Notes: a model not told the origin generated them from the letters alone. DNA of 64,000 nt from Dehalococcoidia bacterium (GCA_965219085.1 OZ244720.1:2752001-2816000); one strand, 5' to 3'. Shown: positions 18,919 to 28,350, counted from the stretch's first letter. Made by a program: numbers and translations.

Positions 18919-18957
18919 GGGCGGCTAGAACTCGATCGGGCCGCCGGGGTCGATCAC
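18919..18957. repeat. 39-bp direct repeat, copy 2 (3' end of the small gene 18925-19146)
   Basis: Identical to 17486-17524; encodes VIDPGGPIEF* on the minus strand. Confidence 0.95.
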
Positions 18958-19146
18958 GGCGCCGTCGGTGCCGATCACGGCGGGGCGCTCGTTGCAGTAG
19001 ACCTCGGACTCGCAGTGGTCGAACGTGAACGCCGCGCGGTTCTTGTCGTAACGGATCGTCCATGTGCCGAGCGCGTGGCCCTCGCGGCCTGCCTTCGTCT
19101 CGCGCTCCAGCACCTCGATCAGCGCTTCGAGTTCCTTGGTGCCCAC
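18925..19146 (-). CDS. Small hypothetical protein (73 aa)
   Basis: GGGAGG RBS before GTG 19146; host-like codon usage. Confidence 0.7.
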   Translation of the reverse strand: MGTKELEALIEVLERETKAGREGHALGTWTIRYDKNRAAFTFDHCESEVYCNERPAVIGTDGAVIDPGGPIEF

Positions 19147-19320
19147 GTCGTACCTCCCGGGTGCGTAGTCGTTTCGTACGGGTCGAGGATACCGAAGCCG
19201 CGACCGATGTGGGAGCCGTGCTCGCACCCGCCGGGCTGGGAGGGGCCGTTGGCGCGGCTCGGGGGGTGCGTCATCTTCCGCTCGCCCGCACCATCCCTAC
19301 AATGAGCCGGGGGAGGCAAC

Positions 19321-20397
19321 GTGGCCAAAGCGACCACCGGCAACTACTTCGAAGACCTCGTCACCGGGCTCGAGATCCGGCACGCCGTCCCCCGGACTGT
19401 CACCGAGGGCGACGCGGCGCTCTACATCGCGCTCACCGCGGACCGCTACCCCTTGCACTGCAACGCCGAGTTCGCCCGCTCGCTCGGCTTCGAGCGCGAG
19501 ACGGTGAACGACCTGCTGGTCTTCCACACGGTGTTCGGCAAGTCCGTCCCCGACGTGTCGCTCAACGCCGTCGCCAACCTCGGCTACGCCGACGTGCGGT
19601 TCGGCGCGCCCGTGCTGCCCGGCGACACGATCAGCTCCACCACCACGGTGCTCGGACGCCGCGAGGCGCGCGGCGGCGAGACCGGCGTGGTGTGGGTGCG
19701 CACCACCGGCGTGAACCAGCGCGGCGAGGAAGTCCTGACGCTCATCCGCTGGGTGCTCGTCAACAAGCGCGACCCCGCATCGCCCGCCGCCCTGGACGAC
19801 GCGCCCGAGGTGCCCGAGTCCGTCGCGCCCGAGGCGCTGCACGTGCCGGACCAACTCGACCTCTCGGCCTTCTCGGCCGAGATCACGGGCGGCCGCGCGT
19901 GGTGGGACGACTACGCGCCCGGCGAACGCATCGACCACGTCGAGGGCATGGCGATCGAGGAGGCCGAGCAGCAGATCATCACGCGCCTCTACCAGAACAC
20001 GGCGCGCGCGCACTTCAACGCCCATGCGCTGCAGGGCACGCGCTTCGGGCGTCGCGTGATCTACGGCGGGCACATCATCTCGGTGGCGCGGGCGCTGTCG
20101 TTCAACGGCCTCGAGAACGCGGTGCGCGTGCTCGCCTTCAACGGCGGCACGCACAGCAACCCGACGTTCGCGGGCGACACGCTCTTCGCCTGGACCGAGG
20201 TGCTCGACCGCATCGACCTCGGCCGCGACGACGCCGGCGCGCTGCGGCTGCGCCTTGTCGCGACGAAGGACGCCGACCCGGTAACCGAGGACGTCCCGCT
20301 GCGCGTCACCGACGAGAGCGGCCGCGAGCGCTACCACCCCAACGTCGTGCTCGACCTCGACTACACCGTGCTGATGCCGAAGGCCCCCCGGGCGTGA
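19321..20397 (+). CDS. mch: Mesaconyl-CoA hydratase / 2-methylfumaryl-CoA hydratase (double MaoC)
   Basis: HAVPRTV, FGKSVPDVSLNAVANLGYA, YQNTARAHF, IYGGHIISVARALSFNGL match Mch as I recall it. Confidence 0.85.
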   Translation: MAKATTGNYFEDLVTGLEIRHAVPRTVTEGDAALYIALTADRYPLHCNAEFARSLGFERETVNDLLVFHTVFGKSVPDVSLNAVANLGYADVRFGAPVLPGDTISSTTTVLGRREARGGETGVVWVRTTGVNQRGEEVLTLIRWVLVNKRDPASPAALDDAPEVPESVAPEALHVPDQLDLSAFSAEITGGRAWWDDYAPGERIDHVEGMAIEEAEQQIITRLYQNTARAHFNAHALQGTRFGRRVIYGGHIISVARALSFNGLENAVRVLAFNGGTHSNPTFAGDTLFAWTEVLDRIDLGRDDAGALRLRLVATKDADPVTEDVPLRVTDESGRERYHPNVVLDLDYTVLMPKAPRA

Positions 20398-20432
20398 CGA
20401 AACAGATAGGGCGCTTGCGAAGGAGACCGACG

Positions 20433-22079
20433 ATGACGACGACCCAGGTAGATGCCGTCACGACCGCCCGCGAGCTCGTCGACACGGCGAAGCGCGCGAT
20501 CGACGCCGCCGTTACGCACGGCTCCGAGGTGACGGAGGGTGGCCGGGGCATCGACGACCACCAGGTGCACACCGAGCGCGTCGCCTACCTCGCCACTCAG
20601 GTTCGCGCCGCGCGCGAACTCGTCGCCTACGCCGAGCGCCTGCGCGAGTATGGCAGGGCCGACGAGGTGGCCGAGGAGGCCGCGATCATCTACGCCGCCG
20701 AGGCCGCCCACGCGGTGCGCTCGGCCGTCGACACGGCGCCCGAGGACTTCGGCATCGGCGAGGCAGCGGAGGCGCTCGACTCGGCGGAGACACGCGCCGC
20801 CATCCGCGCCGGCCTCGACGAGGCGCGCGTGCGCGCCCTCGGCCGCACCGCCATCGCCGCCAACGGCGTCAACAACGCCGACCTCGAGGACGAGACGGCG
20901 GCGCTGACGCGCGACGCCGCCCGCGACTTCGCGCGCAACGAGGTCGCGCCGATCGCGCAGCAGATCCACCGCGAGGACTTGCTCGTCCCCGACGACCTGA
21001 TCACGAAGTTCGCCGCGCAGGGCTTCTTCGGCTCCTCGATCCCCGAGGAGTACGGCGGTACCGGTATGGGCTACCTGCCGATGGTCGTGATGACCGAGGA
21101 GCTCTCGGCGGCCTCGCTGGGCGCGGCCGGCTCGCTGCACACGCGACCCGAGATCCTCGCGCACGCGCTGCAGACCGGCGGCACCGAGGCGCAAAAGCAG
21201 GAGTGGCTGCCCAAGCTCGCCTCGGGCGAGGCGCTCGTGGCGATCGGGGTGACGGAGCCCGACGTCGGGTCGGACAACGCCAACCTCCAGTGTCGCGCCA
21301 CGCCCGCCGAGGTCGATGGCCGCAGAGGCTGGCGCCTCAACGGCGCAAAGGCGTGGAGCACCTTCTCCGGCCGCGCCGACGTGATCGCGATGCTCGTGCG
21401 CACCAACCCGAACGTCGAGGCGGCGGGCCGCGGGCTCTCGGTCTTCATCGTCCCGAAGGACCCGCACTACGGCTACGAGTGGCGCCAGACGCAGCCCGAG
21501 GGCGGCTCGATGACCGGCACCGCGAACCCCACGCCCGGCTACCGCGGGATGCACTCCTACACGATCGCCATCGATAACTACTTCGTCCCCCACGAGAACC
21601 TCGTCGGTGAGGACGAGGGGCTGAACCGCGGGTTCGCGCTGCAGATGGGCGGCTTCGCGGTCGGGCGGCTGCAGACCGGCGCGCGCGCGTGCGGTGTCGC
21701 GCAGGCCTCGCTCGAGAAGGCCTGCCAGTACGTCAACCAGCGCGAGCAGTTCGGCATGCCGATCGGCAAGTACCAGCTCACCGAGCACCGCATCGGCGAG
21801 ATGGTGGCGCGCATCGCCGCGGCGCGTCAGCTCATCTACGCCGCCGCGCGCAACTTCAACTCGCGCGGCATCGAGGCGCCGATGGCGAAGCTGCTGGCGT
21901 GCGACATCGCCGTGGCCACCTCGCAGGCCGCGCAGCAGCTACACGGCGGCTGGGGCTACTCCGAGGAGGACCCGATCGCCCGCTACGTCATCGACGCGCT
22001 GGTGCTGCCGATCTTCGAGGGCGTCAAGCCGATCCTCGAGCTCAAGGTGATCGGCCGCCAGCTCTTCGCCGCGAGCTAG
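20433..22079 (+). CDS. mcd: Acyl-CoA dehydrogenase, (2S)-methylsuccinyl-CoA dehydrogenase-like
   Basis: About 548 aa with N-terminal extension; GSLHTRPEI, GYRGMHSY, RLQTGARA; adjacent to mch. Confidence 0.75.
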   Translation: MTTTQVDAVTTARELVDTAKRAIDAAVTHGSEVTEGGRGIDDHQVHTERVAYLATQVRAARELVAYAERLREYGRADEVAEEAAIIYAAEAAHAVRSAVDTAPEDFGIGEAAEALDSAETRAAIRAGLDEARVRALGRTAIAANGVNNADLEDETAALTRDAARDFARNEVAPIAQQIHREDLLVPDDLITKFAAQGFFGSSIPEEYGGTGMGYLPMVVMTEELSAASLGAAGSLHTRPEILAHALQTGGTEAQKQEWLPKLASGEALVAIGVTEPDVGSDNANLQCRATPAEVDGRRGWRLNGAKAWSTFSGRADVIAMLVRTNPNVEAAGRGLSVFIVPKDPHYGYEWRQTQPEGGSMTGTANPTPGYRGMHSYTIAIDNYFVPHENLVGEDEGLNRGFALQMGGFAVGRLQTGARACGVAQASLEKACQYVNQREQFGMPIGKYQLTEHRIGEMVARIAAARQLIYAAARNFNSRGIEAPMAKLLACDIAVATSQAAQQLHGGWGYSEEDPIARYVIDALVLPIFEGVKPILELKVIGRQLFAAS

Positions 22080-22098
22080 CACCACGAGGGCGGGACGG

Positions 22099-22554
22099 AT
22101 GCGCATCGCGATCGCCTCGGACCACGCGGGGTTCCGCTACAAGCAGCGGATCGCCGAGGAGCTTGCGCGCCTCGGCCACGAGGTCGTGGACCTCGGCGCC
22201 GACTCCGAGGAGCCGAGCGACTACCCGCTGTTCATCCGCCCGGCGGCCGAGGCCGTCGCCTCCGGCGACTGCGAACGCGGCATTGTCCTGGGCGGGTCGG
22301 GCAACGGCGAGGCGATGGTCGCCAACCGCGTGCGCGGCGTGCGCTGCGCGCTCTGCTGGAGCGTCGAGTCGGCCGAGCTGGGGCGACGCCACAACGACGC
22401 CAACATGATCTCGATCGGGCAGCGCATGGTGCTGCTCGATGTCGCGCTGGCGATCGTGCGCACCTGGCTCGACACGCCGTTCGACGGTGGGCGGCACGCG
22501 CGCCGCATCGCGCAACTCGACGGCGAGCCGGTGTCCGGGGAGGCGTCGCGATGA
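22099..22554 (+). CDS. rpiB: Ribose-5-phosphate isomerase B
   Basis: SDHAG, DYP, GGSGNGE, HNDAN, FDGGRHARRI. Confidence 0.93.
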   Translation: MRIAIASDHAGFRYKQRIAEELARLGHEVVDLGADSEEPSDYPLFIRPAAEAVASGDCERGIVLGGSGNGEAMVANRVRGVRCALCWSVESAELGRRHNDANMISIGQRMVLLDVALAIVRTWLDTPFDGGRHARRIAQLDGEPVSGEASR

Positions 22555-22847
22555 CCACCCGGGGCTGGTCGAACCGACGGAGCAAGAAGCTCGTCCCCGA
22601 GCCCGCGTTCGCCGAGGGCCACGAGCACACGACCGAGTGCGACGCGCTCTACGAGGAGTGGAAGCGCTACCACATCGCTGTGATCGACCAGGCCGGCCAC
22701 TTCCGCCGCGATCAACGCCTCCTCGCCCGCCACGAGCGCGAGCGCTTCGAGCGCCAGCTCGTGGCGCTGGGCTGCTCGGGCGAGGCGCGGCGACGCGTCG
22801 AGCGCGACGCCGAGATCGCCGAGCACGGCCACGGCAAGCTGACGTAA
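22551..22847 (+). CDS. Hypothetical protein
   Basis: ATGA overlap with rpiB; host codon usage; HEH..C...C residues. Confidence 0.7.
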   Translation: MTTRGWSNRRSKKLVPEPAFAEGHEHTTECDALYEEWKRYHIAVIDQAGHFRRDQRLLARHERERFERQLVALGCSGEARRRVERDAEIAEHGHGKLT

Positions 22848-22864
22848 CGGCCGAGGGGAAGACC

Positions 22865-23803
22865 ATGCCCGACGCACGGCTCCCCGCACCCGACGAGTGG
22901 CCGACCTGGGCGCTCGTCGACCGCGACCTGCTCGTGCACACGCGCGACGAGCGGCCGTTCCTCGAGACCGCCGCGGCGCTCGTCACCGAGTTCGGCGAGC
23001 TGACCGCGCTCCTCGCGCGGACGCACGAGCAGCCCGACGGAGTCCCGGTGCGGCAGGGCCGCAACGAAGCGATCCTCTCCGGGCTCACGACGCGGATCGT
23101 GAAGCTCACGCGCCGCCTCGCCGCCGAGACATACGAGGGCCGGGGCGAGCTCCAGCTCCTCATCGACCGCGAGATCTTCACCTCGACGGCCGCGCTCGCC
23201 TACCTGCTGCGCGGTCGTCGCGACCGCTTCGAGGCGTTCGTGCGCAACAGCCTCCACGCCGACCGCGACGTGTGGCAGCACCTCGACAACAACCGCGACC
23301 TGCGCGCCGGCGACAACCTGCCGCAGGAGACGCGCATGCGCCGGCGGCTTGAGCGATCGTTCGGCCTCGCCGGCATCCACCCGCCCGAACTCGAACTCGA
23401 CGAGGATTCGGAGTGGCCTGACGTGAGTGGGCAGGTGCGGGCTATCGGCGAGCCCGACGCGTACCGCATGCACCAACTCGGCGCCGACGAGGTGCACGGC
23501 GTGTGGAACGAGCTGGTGACGCACCACCTGCGCACCGACGACGACGGCCTCACGTGGCTCGGCCCGAAGCTCGGCTGGTCACCGGCCGTGGTGCAGCCGC
23601 TCACCGCTGTCGCGATCCAGGGCAGCCGCGTGATGGCGGCCTACGCGCGCCACCTCGGCCACGAGGTCGCCGCGGCGTTCCGCGACAAGTACCTCGACCT
23701 CGCCGGGCGCGCCGCGCTCACCGACCGCCTGCACGAGGAGTACCTCGAACGCGTCGACATCAACCTCGAGCTCGGCGGGTTTGTCGGTCAGGACGACGAC
23801 TGA
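22865..23803 (+). CDS. Hypothetical alpha-helical protein, DUF5677/HEPN-like
   Basis: DREIF...LAYL and EVHGVWNELVTHHL resemble DUF5677 motifs; GAGGGG RBS. Confidence 0.55.
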   Translation: MPDARLPAPDEWPTWALVDRDLLVHTRDERPFLETAAALVTEFGELTALLARTHEQPDGVPVRQGRNEAILSGLTTRIVKLTRRLAAETYEGRGELQLLIDREIFTSTAALAYLLRGRRDRFEAFVRNSLHADRDVWQHLDNNRDLRAGDNLPQETRMRRRLERSFGLAGIHPPELELDEDSEWPDVSGQVRAIGEPDAYRMHQLGADEVHGVWNELVTHHLRTDDDGLTWLGPKLGWSPAVVQPLTAVAIQGSRVMAAYARHLGHEVAAAFRDKYLDLAGRAALTDRLHEEYLERVDINLELGGFVGQDDD

Positions 23804-23824
23804 CCGACGCCGCGCCGCGCGGCG

Positions 23825-24331
23825 CTACTGCGGCGCGGCGACCGCCGGCGGCGGCCGAGTCGCGACGAAGTCCTCGACGTAGAGCAGGTTGTCGCCCGCG
23901 CGGCGCACGACCTTGAGCAGGTCGTCCATCGTCGAGACCTCCTCGAGCTGCTCGTCGACGAACCACTGCAGGAAGCCACGGGCGAGGTGGTCGTGCTCCT
24001 CGATGGCGAGGTCCATGAGGTCGTTGAAGACCCCGGCCACGCGCACCTCGGCGTTGAGCGCGAGCTCGACCGCCTCCTCGACGGACTCGAAGTCGGCCTG
24101 GCCGGCCGGGATGGCGGGCACGTCGACGGTGCCGCCGGCCTCGGTGACGTAGTCGACGATCTTCTGGGCGTGCATGAGCTCTTCGGAGGCCTGTTGGCGG
24201 AAGAGGTTGGAGAGCTGTGGGAGCGCCTCACGGCTGAAGTAGGCGGAGACCATGGTGTACTGGATAGCGGCCCAGTACTCGTTGACGAGTTCCTCGCTCA
24301 GTTCCCTGGCCATGCGTTCGGAGATCAGCAC
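23825..24331 (-). CDS. Ferritin
   Basis: QASEELMHA, FLQWFVDEQLEE ferroxidase motifs; GGAG before GTG 24331. Confidence 0.9.
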   Translation of the reverse strand: MLISERMARELSEELVNEYWAAIQYTMVSAYFSREALPQLSNLFRQQASEELMHAQKIVDYVTEAGGTVDVPAIPAGQADFESVEEAVELALNAEVRVAGVFNDLMDLAIEEHDHLARGFLQWFVDEQLEEVSTMDDLLKVVRRAGDNLLYVEDFVATRPPPAVAAPQ

Positions 24332-24488
24332 CGGATGCTCCAATCCGTTCGGGTGACAGAGCAGATGATACGTCGTCTGACTGTTGAGAGAATGGGTGGC
24401 GCCACTCGGGGGTAGGTCTGAGTCGGCGTAGTGCGCGATTGGACGCGCCTGGCGCGGATGCAGGGGGAGCGAGGTAGGATCCAGACCC

Positions 24489-24839
24489 GTGGCCGAAGAA
24501 CGACCACCAGATGCTCCCGTGTTCCGTGTGCTCGACTACGAGGGCGTCGATGTCGTGTGCTCACTCGACCAGTGGGTCACGAAAATCGAGGGCGCTCACC
24601 CGGATATGGCTGGGCGGGAACGCGATGCGGTGGATGCAATCCAGCGCCCGACGCTCGTTCTGCGGGACCGCGACCACACAGACCGCAAGCACCACATGGC
24701 ACGCACGCCCACCGGTCACTGGCTCAAGGTCGTCGTGGTCTATGAGATGGAGCGGCGTTCGGGCCGCGTGCTGACGGCGTTCCTCCACCGTCGACTGCGA
24801 GCCGGAGACACCGTGCTGTATCCTCGAACCGAGGACTGA
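24489..24839 (+). CDS. Putative toxin, BECR/RelE-like RNase fold (PBECR2-like)
   Basis: W..I...HPDM...P..V..D...LKVVVVY...GRVLTAF. Confidence 0.6.
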   Translation: MAEERPPDAPVFRVLDYEGVDVVCSLDQWVTKIEGAHPDMAGRERDAVDAIQRPTLVLRDRDHTDRKHHMARTPTGHWLKVVVVYEMERRSGRVLTAFLHRRLRAGDTVLYPRTED

Positions 24840-24842
24840 GCG

Positions 24843-25280
24843 ATGGAGACCAACGCGCCCATGCCGACCTTCGACCCGCGGAGCATCCGCGAGATCATCT
24901 TCTGCTACTGGGACCGGCATGACGACATCGCGAGCATCCACATCAACGAGCGTCGCGCCGCGTTCACGATCGAGGGCGACCACGGCATCCACCTGCGGGA
25001 GGCCGACGGCGACATCGTTGGCCTGGACGTGCATGACTTCGGGCGCGCCTACCCGCGCAGCGCCGCACTCGCGCGAGTGGCCCTCCCCGCGATTGCCGAG
25101 ATCGAAGCGTTCGCGGGCCGCAAGCTCGCCGAGAGCTTCGAGGTGCGGGCTACGGCGGAGCAACTCCCGAGGACGACGCAGATGCTCATCTTCGTAATCG
25201 CCCACGCCCTCGCCGCCCACGCGGCCGAGCTCCGCGCCGAGCGCGCCGGAGTCGCCCACGCGTTCCTCGCCGCCTCGTAG
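24843..25280 (+). CDS. Putative antitoxin, DUF2283-like N-terminus
   Basis: YWDRHDDIASIHI...DGDIVGLDV; 3 nt after the putative toxin. Confidence 0.55.
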   Translation: METNAPMPTFDPRSIREIIFCYWDRHDDIASIHINERRAAFTIEGDHGIHLREADGDIVGLDVHDFGRAYPRSAALARVALPAIAEIEAFAGRKLAESFEVRATAEQLPRTTQMLIFVIAHALAAHAAELRAERAGVAHAFLAAS

Positions 25281-25295
25281 CACCGACGCGAGTCG

Positions 25296-25973
25296 CTACT
25301 GTCCGGGGATTGGAAGGACTACTTCCTCGGGGCCCGCGCGGTCCGTCCACCACGTTGTCCGCCAATGTGTCGCGTTTGATTGAACCTTGTGGCGCGGACC
25401 CTCGATCGTGCTGTCGGGGAAGAATGGTGCATGCTTTTGCAGCACCCACTTGAGGATTCGGGTCCCACCCATGACCGGGACTTCCTGCATGTCCCACCCT
25501 GGTTTGTCTCCGAAGAATCCCGGCTCGTGTTCATCGAATGCCAAAGTGGCGCCTTCATGGCTGACTAGACTTACTTCCAAGCGGAATGCATTGATCAGCG
25601 CACTATCTTTCTCGTTCCGAAAGACGACCCAGGTATGATCGACTGGGTACGCGCTGCCACCGTCATGAAACTCGCTTGCACGGCGTACCTCGACGCTTAA
25701 TCTCTGATCCGGGAAGACGGTGCGGACTTCCAAGTACGCTGCCACGAGCGCGATGACTGCCGCGAGGACTCCGAAGAAGGCTACCCATGCTGAGGCTAGC
25801 CCAAGTGGAGCGGCCGGCCCTGGGGCCGGCCAAGGTGCCCAACCCGGTTTCGGCGTCGCCAGCAACAGAAGCACGAACGCTACGGCAGCAACCGCAAGCG
25901 CGAACCAGATCAACCAGATCGCACTACGATGCCCCCTCAGCAACGCTACTCGTGGCACTCGATGGCGGCGCAT
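25296..25973 (-). CDS. Hypothetical 2-TM protein with soluble C-terminal domain, lower GC
   Basis: Two hydrophobic helices followed by about 140 soluble residues; atypical codons. Confidence 0.6.
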   Translation of the reverse strand: MRRHRVPRVALLRGHRSAIWLIWFALAVAAVAFVLLLLATPKPGWAPWPAPGPAAPLGLASAWVAFFGVLAAVIALVAAYLEVRTVFPDQRLSVEVRRASEFHDGGSAYPVDHTWVVFRNEKDSALINAFRLEVSLVSHEGATLAFDEHEPGFFGDKPGWDMQEVPVMGGTRILKWVLQKHAPFFPDSTIEGPRHKVQSNATHWRTTWWTDRAGPEEVVLPIPGQ

Positions 25974-25990
25974 AGTGGGCCTCGCCGCGG

Positions 25991-26218
25991 TTACTCCTCG
26001 TACAGCTTCACCACCCGCACCGCATCCCCCGCCACGTCGATGCAGAGGTCGCACAGCGTGCACTCGTCGAGGTTGGCCTCGACCGTTTCGACGCGGGCCG
26101 CGTCGCCCTCGCCCTCGATGGTGAAGATGTCGACCGGGCACACCTCGGCGAGGCGGCCGCGGAGGTCCGCGTCCTGCTGTACCGAGTCGTCGATGTCGAC
26201 GCGAATGAACATCGCCAT
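25991..26218 (-). CDS. 4Fe-4S ferredoxin family protein
   Basis: CPVDIF and CTLCDLC. Confidence 0.85.
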   Translation of the reverse strand: MAMFIRVDIDDSVQQDADLRGRLAEVCPVDIFTIEGEGDAARVETVEANLDECTLCDLCIDVAGDAVRVVKLYEE

Positions 26219-26220
26219 GG

Positions 26221-27138
26221 TTAGGACCCGCTCCCGTTCGACGCCTCGATGCGCTCGCGGAGCAGCGCCGGTATCTCCTCGATGCGCTCCGCGACGGCGA
26301 TGCCGGCCGCCTCGAGGCGCGCGATCTTGTCGGTCGTCGTGTCCGCGCGGCCCTCGACGATGGTGCCTGCGTGGCCGAAGCGCATGCCTGGCATCTCGTC
26401 CATGAAGCGCCCGGCCATGAACGCCACCACCGGCAGCCGCGAGCCGTGTTCGGCGATGTGCTCGGCGAGCTGGGCCTCCATCGGCCCGCCCGGCTCCGAG
26501 TAGATCGCGAGGCCCTGCGTTTGCTCGTCGGCCTCGAACAGCGGCATCAGCTCGGCGTACGTCGAGCCGATGATGGCGTCGCCACCGATGGAGATTGCGG
26601 TGCTCACGCCGAGCCCGGCCTCCGACAGCGCGTTCGAGATCTCGGTGGTCATGCCGCCGGAGCGCGACATCACGCCGATGATGCCCGGCTGGAACGCGCG
26701 CTGCGTGGCGTCGGCGGCGCCGCCGATGCCGCCCATCTTCGACTTGCCCGGCGCGATCAGCCCGAGGCAGTTCGGGCCGATGATGCGGGTGCCCTCCTGC
26801 GCGGCGTACTCGACGGCGCGGGCGACCTCGGCGCGCGGGATGCGCTCGGTGACCACAACGATCAGCTTCACGCCCGCCTCGACCGCTTCGAGGATGGCGT
26901 CGGTCGCGAAGGCAGGCGGGACCGCGACGATGGCGCCGTCGATCTGCTCGCGCTCGGTGAAGGCGCGCACAGTGTCCTCGACGGGCACGCCGTGGACCTC
27001 GCGCCCCTTGCGGCCGGGCGTGACGCCGCCGACGACCTTCGAGCCGTAGTCGAGCAGCTCGCGCGTCATGGTGACGGCCTCGCGGCCGGTGATGCCCTGG
27101 ATGATGAACGTGCTGTCGGCGTCGATGAGGATGGACAT
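26221..27138 (-). CDS. SucD-like CoA ligase alpha subunit (probably malate/citrate-CoA ligase type)
   Basis: QGITG, GGVTPG, IIGPNCLG, SRSGG, FGHAG phospho-His. Confidence 0.88.
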   Translation of the reverse strand: MSILIDADSTFIIQGITGREAVTMTRELLDYGSKVVGGVTPGRKGREVHGVPVEDTVRAFTEREQIDGAIVAVPPAFATDAILEAVEAGVKLIVVVTERIPRAEVARAVEYAAQEGTRIIGPNCLGLIAPGKSKMGGIGGAADATQRAFQPGIIGVMSRSGGMTTEISNALSEAGLGVSTAISIGGDAIIGSTYAELMPLFEADEQTQGLAIYSEPGGPMEAQLAEHIAEHGSRLPVVAFMAGRFMDEMPGMRFGHAGTIVEGRADTTTDKIARLEAAGIAVAERIEEIPALLRERIEASNGSGS

Positions 27139-27140
27139 CG

Positions 27141-28346
27141 CTACGTCCCCTGCATCTTCGCGACGGCGCGCTGCGCCGCCTCGTGCATCGAGACCGAGCG
27201 GTCGACGTACTCCACGCCGTAGCGTTCGAGGATCTTGACGCCCTCTTCCTCCCACGAGCCGGGGATGCGGAAGATCGTGATCGCCTCGGCGGGGTCGTAG
27301 CCGGCCTCGATGACGCCCTTGATGACGCCGCGGGCCATGATGTCGACGCGCGTGTTGGAGACGACGTTCATCATCACCGCGATCTTCTCGACGCCCGGCT
27401 TCGACATCACGAGCTTCGCCAGCCCGGCGGCCTTCGCGACCGAGGGGTTGCCGCCGATCTCGCAGTAGTTGGCCGGCCTGCCACCGGCCGAGCGCACGGC
27501 GTCGAAGAGCGTGAGCGAGCCGCCGCCCGCGCCGATGATGAGCCCGAGGTCGCCGTCGAACTCGACGACGCGGCCCGCGACGCCGCGCGTGTCGGCGGCG
27601 TCGACCTGCGCGCCGGCGATCTCGAACTCCGTCGGCGGACGCGCCTGGCGCGTGTCCTCGTCGGCGACGCCGAGCTCGCCCAGCAGCGCTGCGTGCGCGC
27701 CGCGCGCCTCCTCCTCCATGTCCATGTGCGAGTCGAGCGCGAGGAACGAGCCATCCTCAAGGCGCCCGATCGGGTTGATCTCGGCGAGCGTGAGGTCGTA
27801 CTCGAGGAAGACGCGCGTGAGCGCGGCGACGATGCGGCTCAGCCGCCCGAGCGCGCCGCCGGTCACCCCTGTCTTCGAGACCGCGAGCTTCGCCTCGAAG
27901 TCCGAGAACGGCCGCAGGTTCGAGATGTGTGTGCGCGAGAGGTGCTCGGGGTGCTGCTCGGCGACCTCCTCGATGTCGATGCCGCCCATGTCGCTGAAGA
28001 TGACGACCGGGCGCTTGGCGCTCGCGTCCCACGTGACGGCGGCGTAGTACTCCTGCGCGACCGGCGAGGCCTGCTCGACGAGCACGCCCATCGGCTGCTG
28101 CCCGTTGATCTCGAGGCCGAGGATCGCCTCGGCGAGCTCGCGCGCCTCGTCGGCGGACTCGGCGAAGCGGACGCCGCCCGCCTTCATGCGGCCGCCGCTT
28201 AGCACCTGCGACTTGATGATGACGCGTCCGCCGATCTCCGAGGCGGCATTGGCGGCCTCGTCGGGGGTGGTCGCGAGGTGGCGTTGTGGGAGTGCGACGC
28301 GGTGGCGCGCCAGCACCTGCTTGGCTTCGTGTTCGTAGAAGCGCAT
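27141..28346 (-). CDS. SucC-like ATP-grasp CoA ligase beta subunit
   Basis: YEHEAK, KSQVLSGGRMKAGGV, EINP; GAGGGS and PANYCEIGGNP differ from canonical SucC. Confidence 0.88.
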   Translation of the reverse strand: MRFYEHEAKQVLARHRVALPQRHLATTPDEAANAASEIGGRVIIKSQVLSGGRMKAGGVRFAESADEARELAEAILGLEINGQQPMGVLVEQASPVAQEYYAAVTWDASAKRPVVIFSDMGGIDIEEVAEQHPEHLSRTHISNLRPFSDFEAKLAVSKTGVTGGALGRLSRIVAALTRVFLEYDLTLAEINPIGRLEDGSFLALDSHMDMEEEARGAHAALLGELGVADEDTRQARPPTEFEIAGAQVDAADTRGVAGRVVEFDGDLGLIIGAGGGSLTLFDAVRSAGGRPANYCEIGGNPSVAKAAGLAKLVMSKPGVEKIAVMMNVVSNTRVDIMARGVIKGVIEAGYDPAEAITIFRIPGSWEEEGVKILERYGVEYVDRSVSMHEAAQRAVAKMQGT

Positions 28347-28350
28347 CGGG

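Noticed and set aside
19062-22079. 1005-aa giant ORF or fusion
   Set aside because: The upstream part is an alternate frame over mch; the ACAD starts at 20433 after AAGGAG.
26221-28346. Canonical sucCD assignment
   Set aside because: Substrate-loop motifs differ from SucC and the operon context is mcl, so gene symbols were withheld.
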